NCBI GenBank assembly: GCA_951406725.2
Contig: OX597820.1
Location: 100,068,001-100,132,000 of the forward strand
DNA length: 64,000 nucleotides
Origin: Octopus vulgaris
Taxonomy: Eukaryota
Direction: 5' to 3'
Shown here piece after piece: positions 13,961-28,161 of the stretch. Both the position numbers and the translations under genes were made by a program. Below the pieces are notes generated by a model, which was not told where the DNA came from, searched no databases, and was given only the letters and a program-made list of their open reading frames with translations. Within the stretch, counting starts at the first letter, position 1. Every line of letters begins with the position of its first letter.

Positions 13961-15142
13961 AAGTTTCCCTTGAAGAGAAGTCTCTTGCAGAACTTGTGAT
14001 TAGGAGACAAATTCAAACTATTATGTAGATATTTTGCTACATATTTGTAGAAAAAAAAGCAAAACGGATTTATTCGATTAACACAAGAGGTTCATGAGAT
14101 AGTTCTGCCTTGGACAGCCAATGTGGGTACGGCAATTTATAAAAGAAACTTTTATGTGGTCGCCAGGTATAGTAAAAAAGCGATGTGGGAAAGTTATATA
14201 GCTTAATTGGAAAATCAAATCTAGACAACATATAATTCCGAATATTTTGCAGGAAGAATTCAGTTTACCTTCATCACAAGAATATAGGCAAAAGAATGAT
14301 ATCCGAAGTCACCTCAGACAAAATTCAACACGAGTACGCCAGAAGCGAAACAAGATCATTTTAGACCAGCTCAAACACTCTGGCAGTTGAAGTTATATTT
14401 TTTGTTGATGGGGGATTGGTTAAGGATAAGACGAACAATAACTTTTTAGCACTTAAACGTGGGGTTCAACTTGTCGCGTCCCAGGAAGCCAGGTCCTTTT
14501 CCAGGTACGCGGGAAAGAACTTTATACTGTACTTACCAGGATATAACTATATACACACGCACACACATAGACACACACACTCGCACAGACACAGGCACAC
14601 ACACACACACGCACGCACACACACACACACACACACAAACACAGACAAGGAATAAAATAGAAGAATTAAGAGTAAAAGTAGTTAGAAGAATATAGGCAGG
14701 AGAATAGTGTTCACAACTCACTTTTTCCATAGGATATGGATGTTGGTCAGTACTTCTATGAAGGTACAGGTGTTCAGTGAAAAAAAAAAGGTAAATCACG
14801 GCAGTAAAAAGTCTCTGATGACGGAAAACTCAGTGCACGGACATGCTAACCAGCTACTTGGGTTATTCCGGAAACGGCTGTAAGACTTCCAATTCACCTA
14901 ACCCTAATGAGATTATTTTAAATGACTTGAGATACTCGTTCTGACTTGGTTTTGATTTTTCCTCTAATATGATATATACCATCTATAATGGAACCATAAA
15001 ACGAATCCCTAGATCCATCCTTAGTTGTGATCTTGGAACGTAACAGTCAGCCAACTGTAGCACTTACCCAGGACACCTATTCCTTTAGATCATAAGTGAA
15101 CTAAATCCATCATATTCTTTATGTGTGCGTATATATATACAT

Positions 15143-15449
15143 CACATGATCACGTGACGATCACGTGACCGACCAGACCATCAGATGTATTTACACATCG
15201 CTGGTCACAATGCGTTCGCATTGTTTTAGCCTTCGAATGACGCCACCCCGCTGGCTAAGCGAGCAGGCCAACAGAAGAAAGAGTGGGAGAAAGAGTGGTG
15301 AATGAGTACAGCAGAGATCACCACTCCCTGCCGGAGCCTCGTTAGGTGTTTTCGCTTAATAGACACTCACAACGCCCGGTCTGGGAATCGAAACCGCGAT
15401 CCTGCGACCGCGAGTCCGCTGCCCTAACCACTAGGCCATTGCGCCTCCA
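15143..15449 (-). mobile_element. tRNA-derived SINE
   Basis: Minus strand ggaggcgcaatggcctagtggttagggcagcggac...ggtttcgattccc (A and B boxes); tail of (cacgtgat)n repeats. Confidence 0.8.
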
Positions 15450-15454
15450 CATAT

Positions 15455-15551
<97 letters not shown>

Positions 15552-15552
<1 letters not shown>

Positions 15553-15752
15553 GGCGGCGAGCTGGCAGAAACGTTAGCACGCCGGGCGAAATGTGTTGCC
15601 GTATTTCGTCTGCTGTTACGCTCCGAGTTCAAATTCCGCCGAGGTCGACTTTGCCTTTCATTCTTCCGGGGTCGATAACTTAAGTACCAGTTACGCACTG
15701 GGGTCGATGTAATCGACTTAATCGCTTTGTCTGTCCTTATTTGTCTCCTCTG

Positions 15753-15781
<29 letters not shown>
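15552..15781 (+). mobile_element. tRNA-derived SINE with Nin/Deu-like central domain and Tx1-like 3' tail
   Basis: ggcggcgagctggcagaa...gagttcaaattcc head; gcctttcattcttccggggtcgataactTaagtaccag central domain; tail ttgtctcctctgtgtttaaccccttgtgtgtagtaaagaaa. Confidence 0.8.
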
Positions 15782-17575
<1,794 letters not shown>

Positions 17576-17579
17576 TATA

Positions 17580-19035
17580 TATACATATATGTATATAAAA
17601 CTAAGAATGTGTGTGTGTCTGTCTGTGTGTTTTCCTAAATCTTGATAACTACGCACCCAATTTCATTCAAATTTCACACATGCCTTATTTAGGGTCCGGG
17701 GAGTGTCATCGGCAAAAAAATGTTTAACTTCTTGCCTAGATCGAGCACACAGCAGTACTATATCATCTCCACTATTTCAGTATTACGTGTTAAAAGTGAA
17801 ACAAAAACATCTCTCTATTGTATGTATATGGATGTATATATATATATATTACAAAATATAAAGTTATATCTTGAGAACGTTAGTGACAACAACGCTCAAA
17901 ATATATAGCAGAGCTATATATACTTTTTAATCCGAGGGGAGGCAATGTGAGCAGCAACTACAAAAGCACTACAAAATCCACAGAAAGATCAAACACATAC
18001 ATATATTCATATATTCATTTATATCTACAGAACAGACATAAAGCCCGACGTTTAGAAATATATAGTAATATATAAATATAAAAACATCATATAAAAAATA
18101 TATTGTACGCATACGATCCACTCGACGTTCCATAAGAAATTTAGAAATAAAAATTGCAAAAAAAGTTAGAGGTAATAATAACAATTGAATTAAATATAGT
18201 AAATATAGTAAGTAGTAATTAAATATATTTTATTTTATTAAAATGGTAATTAAATCGTTATATAACAATTAAAAGGAAAAATAGCAATTAGTATAAAATG
18301 TATCAAGGACTTGAACTCGAATATGTGGCTTTGCATGAATGGGAGAAATTAAAAGATGAAAAATTTATTTGAGTGCAGAAGTGAATTAGTCCAGATCGAG
18401 ATGTGCTTATACCATTTACTATAGCTGCTAGATTGAATTATCTTTATATATAAAAAACTGAGAATGTGTGTCTGTCTGTCTGACTGTCTGTCTGTCTGTG
18501 TGTTTCCCTAAAACTTGAGAACTACACAACCAATTTCATTCAAATTTTACACATGCCTTACACATGACCGGAGAGAGTCATCGCCCAAAAAAATTTTGAA
18601 CTTTTTGACTAGGGCGAGCCCACAGCAATGTCATATCAACCAATTTCATTCAAATTTTACATATGCCTTACTTAGCGTCCATGTAGTTTCATGGGCAAAA
18701 AAAGTTCAAGTTCTTGCCTAGAGCGAGCCCATAGCAATATCATATCTTCTCCACTATTTCAGTATTGCGTGTTAAAAGTGAAACAAAAACATTTCTCTAT
18801 TTTATGTCAGATACTTTCACTTTAACAATAAAAATAAGAATAACAATTGAATTATATGTAGTAAGTAATAATTAAAATCAAACTAAAGTATAATATAATC
18901 GTAATATAAAATGAAAATAAAAATAGTAATTGGTATAACATTGCATCAATGACTTGAACTTGAATAAGTGGATTCCCATGAATGGGAATAAATTAAATAT
19001 AAAATTGGCAAGCAGAAATGGAATAGTCCAGATGG
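17580..19035 (+). mobile_element. Two tandem degenerate Helitron-like 5' fragments (about 17580 and 18441)
   Basis: TCTTTATATATAAAA + (GTCT)n start at 18441. Shared blocks ccaatttcattcaaattt, ctccactatttcagtatt and gacttgaact...agtccagat occur in both copies. Confidence 0.5.
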
Positions 19036-19050
19036 ATAATAAAAAATTAA

Positions 19051-19110
19051 ATTAAAGAAAAGACTATTGTCTATAAAGTATACAGTGTAGAGAAGAAAGA
19101 AGATTCGAAC
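19051..19110 (+). pseudogene. 5' part of a decayed LINE ORF1 split by the array/LINE insertion
   Basis: Translates IKEKTIVYKVYSVEKKEDSN, aligning to ISNRRIIYKTFSITNRAIQK of the LINE ORF1; continues in register at 63548. Confidence 0.6.
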
Positions 19111-19250
19111 ACAGCGAGCAAATTTACCCACGTGTGTTGTTATCTGTGATTAGAAGTTGAAATTTTGTTGTGTAAAGTGATTAATATCGCGCGAGGCGTT
19201 TGCCTCCACGTTTGGAAACCTTCAGAAGAAGGTGAATTGACCCTCTAGTC

Positions 19251-20649
19251 ATGGCGACTTACGCGGGGGTCACGGGAAAGAATAATAATGATTCAGCAAT
19301 AATCGTGAAGGATGTTTTCTTTGAGAAAAGCAAAATAAAGAATATGAAAAGCTATTCAAAAGGGAGGGTGATAGCGTGAAGCTAATCCCCCCGCGAAAGC
19401 AAAGGAGGACAAGGAAAACAAAACTGTAACGTATAGAACCCAGGACAAAAGTACAAAGAAACTGGCAAGAGTGGAGATAGCAGAGATCGAAAAATGTCTG
19501 GGAGACATAATGAATAAATCGACCTACGTGAGTAGAGGAAAAAAATTTGGTACGGTGGAGGTGAGATGTGCAACGGAAGAAATTGCAGCCTCACTGGCTA
19601 CCACTGTTCTAAGAGCGGAAACATTTATAATGTGGCCCTCATACAAGGGAAGAAGAGGGGTCCGGGTTAAAATCCCGAATATACCCCCAGAAGTTAAAAC
19701 AGATTGGCTGGCAACAGCTATTCTAGGAGCAGCAGAAGAGGAAGTGGAGGTGGAATCCTTTAAGGAGTCCAACGCAGTAAATTGGAGAGGATATGGGGTA
19801 GAACTGTGTTTGATGGCCACAAAAGAGGACATTGAAAGGTTCCCCTATAGAATAGAAATCGAAGACGAGAAAACCCTCAGTGTAATTGTAGAGGGAAGAA
19901 AGCCAAACTGCTATTTGTGTGGGACAAGGGGGCACATTAAAAAAGAGTGCCCGTTATATGAATTCATGGCGGAGTATGAGAAGGAAATTGAAGAAAAGAA
20001 GAATACGGTAAATGAAAAAGAAAACATAGAAAAGGAGACAAAACAACAAGAGAAAGGAAATAATAAGTCAACGAAGGAAAAAGAAATAAAAGAAAAGAAA
20101 GAAATAGAACCAAAACAGAGTCAGGAAAAGAAAAAGGAAAAAGAAACAACAGGAAAAAAACAAGAGAGAGAACAGAATCAAACGAAAAGAAAAGACGGCA
20201 CACAAAAAGAAAAAGAAAAGGAACATAAAACACGAGAAAAAGAGAGAACAGACAAAGAACCAAAAAGACAAGAGAAGGAAGAAGAAAGAAAAGAAGGCAA
20301 AAAGAGAGAAAGAGAGAAACAAAGAGAGGAGAACAAGGAAGAAATAAGCCCGAAAAGAAAAACGAGAGAAAACGTAGGACGGAAGCAAGATTACTACAAG
20401 TTAATAACCTTCCATTTCAGCCCCGAAATGAAGGAATTGACATGTAGTATGGAGGGACATGTGTGGGTCAACAGGATGACTGATCAGTGGCAGGAGACTG
20501 CTCTGATCCCCGAAGAAAGAGTCGCTGAGTTCCTCAGAGCAGCTGGAGAGAGTGTAATTTTTTACACGGGTGTTCGAGTGAAAGAGCGGCTGCCTGAGGG
20601 CTCAGTGATTGACTTTAGAGACTTGAAAAGTATTATGGAATACGTGTGA
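19251..20649 (+). CDS. ORF1-like CCHC zinc-knuckle protein, copy 1 (two 1-bp deletions near N-terminus)
   Basis: 392 aa open from 19471; CYLCGTRGHIKKEC knuckle; 2 nt shorter than the intact copy. Confidence 0.75.
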
Positions 20650-21033
20650 GATTGTGAGAGGAGAGAGAAGAAAGAAGAGAAAAAAAAAAAAAAAAATTGT
20701 GAACTTTATGTGACGAAAATGTAACCTCTCGATTCCGGGGATCGAGTGGGCATTTGCATCTCATTGTAAATATTCTTTCATTTGTCATTTTTATTTTTAT
20801 TTTTTCCCTTCTTGTCATTTCGCTTTCTTATTTTAAGTTCCCCGATTGTATTGTCCCCTCTATGTTCGCCCCTTGTGGGTAGTAATAAAATCACAGCGAG
20901 CAAATTTACCCACGTGTGTTGTTATCTTTGATTTGAAGTTGAAATTTTGTTGTGTAAAGTGATTAATATCGCGCGAGGCGTTTTGCCTCCACGTTTGGAA
21001 ACCTTCAGAAGAAGGTGAATTGACCCTCTAGTC

Positions 21034-22430
21034 ATGGCGACTTACGCGGGGGTCACGGGAAAGAATAATAATGATTCGGCAATAATCGTGAAGGATGTTT
21101 TCTTTGAGAAAAGTAAAATCAAAGAATATGAAAAGCTATTCAAAAGGGAGGGTGATAGCGTGAAGCTAATCCCCCCGCGAAAGCAAAGGAGGACAAGGAA
21201 AACAAAACTGTAACGTATAGAACCCAGGACAAAAGTACAAAGAAACTGACAAGAGTGGAGATAGCAGAGATCGAAAAATGTCTGGGAGACATAATGAATA
21301 AATCGACCTACGTGAGTAGAGGAAAAAATTTGGTACGGTGGAGGTGAGATGTGCAACGGAAGAAATTGCAGCCTCACTGGCTACCACTGTTCTAAGAGCG
21401 GAAACATTTATAATGTGGCCCTCATACAAGGGAAGAAGAGGGGTCCGGGTTAAAATCCCGAATATACCCCCAGAAGTTAAAACAGATTGGCTGGCAACAG
21501 CTATTCTAGGAGCAGCAGAAGAGGAAGTGGAGGTGGAATCCTTTAAGGAGTCCAACGCAGTAAATTGGAGAGGATATGGGGTAGAACTGTGTTTGATGGC
21601 CACAAAAGAGGACATTGAAAGGTTCCCCTATAGAATAGAAATCGAAGACGAGAAAACCCTCAGTGTAATTGTAGAGGGAAGAAAGCCAAACTGCTACTTG
21701 TGGGACAAGGGGGCACATTAAAAAAGAGTGCCCGTTATATGAATTCATGGCGGAGTATGAGAAGGAAATTGAAGAAAAGAAGAATACGGTAAATGAAAAA
21801 GAAAACATAGAAAAGGAGACAAAACAACAAGAGAAAGGAAATAATAAGTCAACGAAGGAAAAAGAAATAAAAGAAAAGAAAGAAATAGAACCAAAACAGA
21901 GTCAGGAAAAGAAAAAGGAAAAAGAAACAACAGGAAAAAAACAAGAGAGAGAACAGAATCAAACGAAAAGAAAAGACGGCACACAAAAAGAAAAAGAAAA
22001 GGAACATAAAACACGAGAGAAAGAGAGAACAGATAAAGAACCAAAAAGACAAGAGAAGGAAGAAGAAAGAAAAGAAGGCAAAAAGAGAGAAAGAGAGAAA
22101 CAAAGAGAGGAGAACAAGGAAGAAGTAAGCCCGAAAAGAAAAACGAGAGAAAACGTAGGACGGAAACAAGATTACTACAAGTTAATAACCTTCCATTTCA
22201 GCCCCGAAATGAAGGAATTGACATGTAGTATGGAGGGACATGTGTGGGTCAACAGGATGACTGATCAGTGGCAGGAGACTGCTCTGATCCCCGAAGAAAG
22301 AGTCGCTGAGTTCCTCAGAGCAGCTGGAGAGAGTGTAATTTTTTACACGGGTGTTCGAGTGAAAGAGCGGCTGCCTGAGGGCTCAGTGATTGACTTTAGA
22401 GACTTGAAAAGTATTATGGAATACGTGTGA
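21034..22430 (+). CDS. ORF1-like protein, copy 2 (frameshifted)
   Basis: Indels at the C run, an A run and a TG dinucleotide. Confidence 0.7.
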
Positions 22431-22815
22431 GATTGTGAGAGGAGAGAGAAGAAAGAAGAGAAAAAAAGAAAAAAAAAATTGTGAACTTTATGTGACGAAA
22501 ATGTAACCTCTCGATTCCGGGGATCGAGTGGGCATTTGCATCTCATTGTAAATATTCTTTCATTTGTCATTTTTATTTTTATTTTTTCCCTTCTTGTCAT
22601 TTCGCTTTCTTATTTTAAGTTCCCCGATTGTATTGTCCCCTCTATGTTCGCCCCTTGTGGGTAGTAATAAAATCACAGCGAGCAAATTTACCCACGTGTG
22701 TTGTTATCTTTGATTTGAAGTTGAAATTTTGTTGTGTAAAGTGATTAATATCGCGCGAGGCGTTTTGCCTCCACGTTTGGAAACCTTCAGAAGAAGGTGA
22801 ATTGACCCTCTAGTC

Positions 22816-24216
22816 ATGGCGACTTACGCGGGGGTCACGGGAAAGAATAATAATGATTCGGCAATAATCGTGAAGGATGTTTTCTTTGAGAAAAGTAAAA
22901 TCAAAGAATATGAAAAGCTATTCAAAAGGGAGGGTGATAGCGTGAAGCTAATCCCCCCGCGAAAGCAAAGGAGGACAAGGAAAACAAAACTGTAACGTAT
23001 AGAACCCAGGACAAAAGTACAAAGAAACTGACAAGAGTGGAGATAGCAGAGATCGAAAAATGTCTGGGAGACATAATGAATAAATCGACCTACGTGAGTA
23101 GAGGAAAAAAATTTGGTACGGTGGAGGTGAGATGTGCAACGGAAGAAATTGCAGCCTCACTGGCTACCACTGTTCTAAGAGCGGAAACATTTATAATGTG
23201 GCCCTCATACAAGGGAAGAAGAGGGGTCCGGGTTAAAATCCCGAATATACCCCCAGAAGTTAAAACAGATTGGCTGGCAACAGCTATTCTAGGAGCAGCA
23301 GAAGAGGAAGTGGAGGTGGAATCCTTTAAGGAGTCCAACGCAGTAAATTGGAGAGGATATGGGGTAGAACTGTGTTTGATGGCCACAAAAGAGGACATTG
23401 AAAGGTTCCCCTATAGAATAGAAATCGAAGACGAGAAAACCCTCAGTGTAATTGTAGAGGGAAGAAAGCCAAACTGCTACTTGTGTGGGACAAGGGGGCA
23501 CATTAAAAAAGAGTGCCCGTTATATGAATTCATGGCGGAGTATGAGAAGGAAATTGAAGAAAAGAAGAATACGGTAAATGAAAAAGAAAACATAGAAAAG
23601 GAGACAAAACAACAAGAGAAAGGAAATAATAAGTCAACGAAGGAAAAAGAAATAAAAGAAAAGAAAGAAATAGAACCAAAACAGAGTCAGGAAAAGAAAA
23701 AGGAAAAAAGAAACAACAGGAAAAAAACAAGAGAGAGAACAGAATCAAACGAAAAGAAAAGACGGCACACAAAAAGAAAAAGAAAAGGAACATAAAACAC
23801 GAGAGAAAGAGAGAACAGATAAAGAACCAAAAAGACAAGAGAAGGAAGAAGAAAGAAAAGAAGGCAAAAAGAGAGAAAGAGAGAAACAAAGAGAGGAGAA
23901 CAAGGAAGAAGTAAGCCCGAAAAGAAAAACGAGAGAAAACGTAGGACGGAAACAAGATTACTACAAGTTAATAACCTTCCATTTCAGCCCCGAAATGAAG
24001 GAATTGACATGTAGTATGGAGGGACATGTGTGGGTCAACAGGATGACTGATCAGTGGCAGGAGACTGCTCTGATCCCCGAAGAAAGAGTCGCTGAGTTCC
24101 TCAGAGCAGCTGGAGAGAGTGTAATTTTTTACACGGGTGTTCGAGTGAAAGAGCGGCTGCCTGAGGGCTCAGTGATTGACTTTAGAGACTTGAAAAGTAT
24201 TATGGAATACGTGTGA
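22816..24216 (+). CDS. ORF1-like protein, copy 3 (frameshifted)
   Basis: C6 instead of C7; +1 A near 23705. Confidence 0.7.
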
Positions 24217-24598
24217 GATTGTGAGAGGAGAGAGAAGAAAGAAGAGAAAAAAGAAAAAAAAATTGTGAACTTTATGTGACGAAAATGTAACCTCTCGATT
24301 CCGGGGATCGAGTGGGCATTTGCATCTCATTGTAAATATTCTTTCATTTGTCATTTTTATTTTTATTTTTTCCCTTCTTGTCATTTCGCTTTCTTATTTT
24401 AAGTTCCCCGATTGTATTGTCCCCTCTATGTTCGCCCCTTGTGGGTAGTAATAAAATCACAGCGAGCAAATTTACCCACGTGTGTTGTTATCTGTGATTA
24501 GAAGTTGAAATTTTGTTGTGTAAAGTGATTAATATCGCGCGAGGCGTTTGCCTCCACGTTTGGAAACCTTCTGAAGAAGGTGAATTGACCCTCTAGTC

Positions 24599-25998
24599 AT
24601 GGCGACTTACGCGGGGGTCACGGGAAAGAATAATAACGATTCGGCAATAATCGTGAAGGATGTTTTCTTTGAGAAAAGTAAAATCAAAGAATATGAAAAG
24701 CTATTCAAAAGGGAGGGTGATAGCGTGAAGCTAATCCCCCCGCGAAAGCAAAGGAGGACAAGGAAAACAAAACTGTAACGTATAGAACCCAGGACAAAAG
24801 TACAAAGAAACTGGCAAGAGTGGAGATAGCAGAGATCGAAAAATGTCTGGGAGACATAATGAATAAATCGACCTACGTGAGTAGAGGAAAAAAATTTGGT
24901 ACGGTAGAGGTGAGATGTGCAACGGAAGAAATTGCAGCCTCACTGGCTACCACTGTTCTAAGAGCGGAAACATTTATAATGTGGCCCTCATACAAGGGAA
25001 GAAGAGGGGTCCGGGTTAAAATCCCGAATATACCCCCAGAAGTTAAAACAGATTGGCTGGCAACAGCTATTCTAGGAGCAGCAGAAGAGGAAGTGGAGGT
25101 GGAATCCTTTAAGGAGTCCAACGCAGTAAATTGGAGAGGATATGGGGTAGAACTGTGTTTGATGGCCACAAAAGAGGACATTGAAAGGTTCCCCTATAGA
25201 ATAGAAATCGAAGACGAGAAAACCCTCAGTGTAATTGTAGAGGGAAGAAAGCCAAACTGCTACTTGTGCGGGACAAGGGGGCACATTAAAAAAGAGTGCC
25301 CGTTATATGAATTCATGGCGGAGTTTGAGAAGGAAACTGAAGAAAAGAAGAATACGGTAAATGAAAAAGAAAACATAGAAAAGGAGACAAAACAACAAGA
25401 GAAAGGAAATAATAAGTCAACGAAGGAAAAAGAAATAAAAGAAAAGAAAGAAATAGAACCAAAACAGAGTCAGGAAAAGAAAAAGGAAAAAGAAACAACA
25501 GGAAAAAAACAAGAGAGAGAACAGAATCAAACGAAAAGAAAAGACGGCACACAAAAAGAAAAAGAAAAGGAACATAAAACACGAGAGAAAGAGAGAACAG
25601 ACAAAGAACCAAAAAGACAAGAGAAGGAAGAAGAAAGAAAAGAAGGCAAAAAGAGAGAAAGAGAGAAACAAAGAGAGGAGAACAAGGAAGAAGTAAGCCC
25701 GAAAAGAAAAACGAGAGAAAACGTAGGACGGAAACAAGATTACTACAAGTTAATAACCTTCCATTTCAGCCCCGAAATGAAGGAATTGACATGTAGTATG
25801 GAGGGACATGTGTGGGTCAACAGGATGACTGATCAGTGGCAGGAGACTGCTCTGATCCCCGAAGAAAGAGTCGCTGAGTTCCTCAGAGCAGCTGGAGAGA
25901 GTGTAATTTTTTACACGGGTGTTCGAGTGAAAGAGCGGCTGCCTGAGGGCTCAGTGATTGACTTTAGAGACTTGAAAAGTATTATGGAATACGTGTGA
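24599..25998 (+). CDS. ORF1-like protein, copy 4 (single C-run frameshift)
   Basis: 392 aa open from 24820. Confidence 0.75.
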
Positions 25999-26380
25999 GA
26001 TTGTGAGAGGAGAGAGAAGAAAGAAGAGAAAAAAGAAAAAAAAATTGTGAACTATATGTGACGAAAGTGTAACCTCTCGATTCCGGGGATCGAGTGGGCA
26101 TTTGCATCTCATTGTAAATATTCTTTCATTTGTCATTTTTATTTTTATTTTTTCCCTTCTTGTCATTTCGCTTTCTTATTTTAAGTTCCCCGATTGTATT
26201 GTCCCCTCTATGTTCGCCCCTTGTGGGTAGTAATAAAATCACAGCGAGGAAATTTACCCACGTGTGTTGTTATCTGTGATTAGAAGTTGAAATTTTGTTG
26301 TGTAAAGTGATTAATATCGCGCGAGGCGTTTGCCTCCACGTTTGGAAACCTTCTGAAGAAGGTGAATTGACCCTCTAGTC

Positions 26381-27779
26381 ATGGCGACTTACGCGGGGGT
26401 CACGGGAAAGAATAATAACGATTCGGCAATAATCGTGAAGGATGTTTTCTTTGAGAAAAGTAAAATCAAAGAATATGAAAAGCTATTCAAAAGGGAGGGT
26501 GATAGCGTGAAGCTAATCCCCCCGCGAAAGCAAAGGAGGACAAGGAAAACAAAACTGTAACGTATAGAACCCAGGACAAAAGTACAAAGAAACTGGCAAG
26601 AGTGGAGATAGCAGAGATCGAAAAATGTCTGGGAGACATAATGAATAAATCGACCTACGTGAGTAGAGGAAAAAAATTTGGTACGGTAGAGGTGAGATGT
26701 GCAACGGAAGAAATTGCAGCCTCACTGGCTACCACTGTTCTAAGAGCGGAAACATTTATAATGTGGCCCTCATACAAGGGAAGAAGAGGGGTCCGGGTTA
26801 AAATCCCGAATATACCCCCAGAAGTAAAAACAGAATGGCTGGCAACAGCTATTCTAGGAGCAGCAGAAGAGGAAGTGGAGGTGGAATCCTTTAAGGAGTC
26901 CAACGCAGTAAATTGGAGAGGATATGGGGTAGAACTGTGTTTGATGGCCACAAAAGAGGACATTGAAAGGTTCCCCTATAGAATAGAAATCGAAGACGAG
27001 AAAACCCTCAGTGTAATTGTAGAGGGAAGAAAGCCAAACTGCTACTTGTGCGGGACAAGGGGGCACATTAAAAAAGAGTGCCCGTTATATGAATTCATGG
27101 CGGAGTATGAGAAGGAAATTGAAGAAAAGAAGAATACGGTAAATGAAAAAGAAAACATAGAAAAGGAGACAAAACAACAAGAGAAAGGAAATAATAAGTC
27201 AACGAAGGAAAAAGAAATAAAAGAAAAGAAAGAAATAGAACCAAAACAGAGTCAGGAAAAGAAAAAGGAAAAAGAAACAACAGGAAAAAACAAGAGAGAG
27301 AACAGAATCAAACGAAAAGAAAAGACGGCACACAAAAAGAAAAAGAAAAGGAACATAAAACACGAGAGAAAGAGAGAACAGACAAAGAACCAAAAAGACA
27401 AGAGAAGGAAGAAGAAAGAAAAGAAGGCAAAAAGAGAGAAAGAGAGAAACAAAGAGAGGAGAACAAGGAAGAAGTAAGCCCGAAAAGAAAAACGAGAGAA
27501 AACGTAGGACGGAAACAAGATTACTACAAGTTAATAACCTTCCATTTCAGCCCCGAAATGAAGGAATTGACATGTAGTATGGAGGGACATGTGTGGGTCA
27601 ACAGGATGACTGATCAGTGGCAGGAGACTGCTCTGATCCCCGAAGAAAGAGTCGCTGAGTTCCTCAGAGCAGCTGGAGAGAGTGTAATTTTTTACACGGG
27701 TGTTCGAGTGAAAGAGCGGCTGCCTGAGGGCTCAGTGATTGACTTTAGAGACTTGAAAAGTATTATGGAATACGTGTGA
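26381..27779 (+). CDS. ORF1-like protein, copy 5 (frameshifted)
   Basis: C6; -1 A near 27290. Confidence 0.7.
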
Positions 27780-28161
27780 GATTGTGAGAGGAGAGAGAAG
27801 AAAGAAGAGAAAAAAGAAAAAAAAATGTGAACTATATGTGACGAAAATGTAACCTCTCGATTCCGGGGATCGAGTGGGCATTTGCATCTCATTGTAAATA
27901 TTCTTTCATTTGTCATTTTTTATTTTTATTTTTTCCCTTCTTGTCATTTCGCTTTCTTATTTTAAGTTCCCCGATTGTATTGTCCCCTCTATGTTCGCCC
28001 CTTGTGGGTAGTAATAAAATCACAGCGAGGAAATTTACCCACGTGTGTTGTTATCTGTGATTAGAAGTTGAAATTTTGTTGTGTAAAGTGATTAATATCG
28101 CGCGAGGCGTTTGCCTCCACGTTTGGAAACCTTCTGAAGAAGGTGAATTGACCCTCTAGTC

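Larger units (their letters stand above)
8661..14645 (-). repeat. Right arm of large inverted duplication, interrupted by several insertions
   Basis: Reverse complement of 4929-7670 with extra sequence at 8691-8902, 9241-10217, 11296-11811, 12123-12225 and 12566-14412. Confidence 0.85.

Noticed and set aside
6325-15640. tRNA-like segments at about 6325, 9640-9710, 11070-11140, 15375-15449 and 15552-15640
   Set aside because: They are SINE heads continuing into SINE bodies; no clean cloverleaf, so not called tRNA genes.
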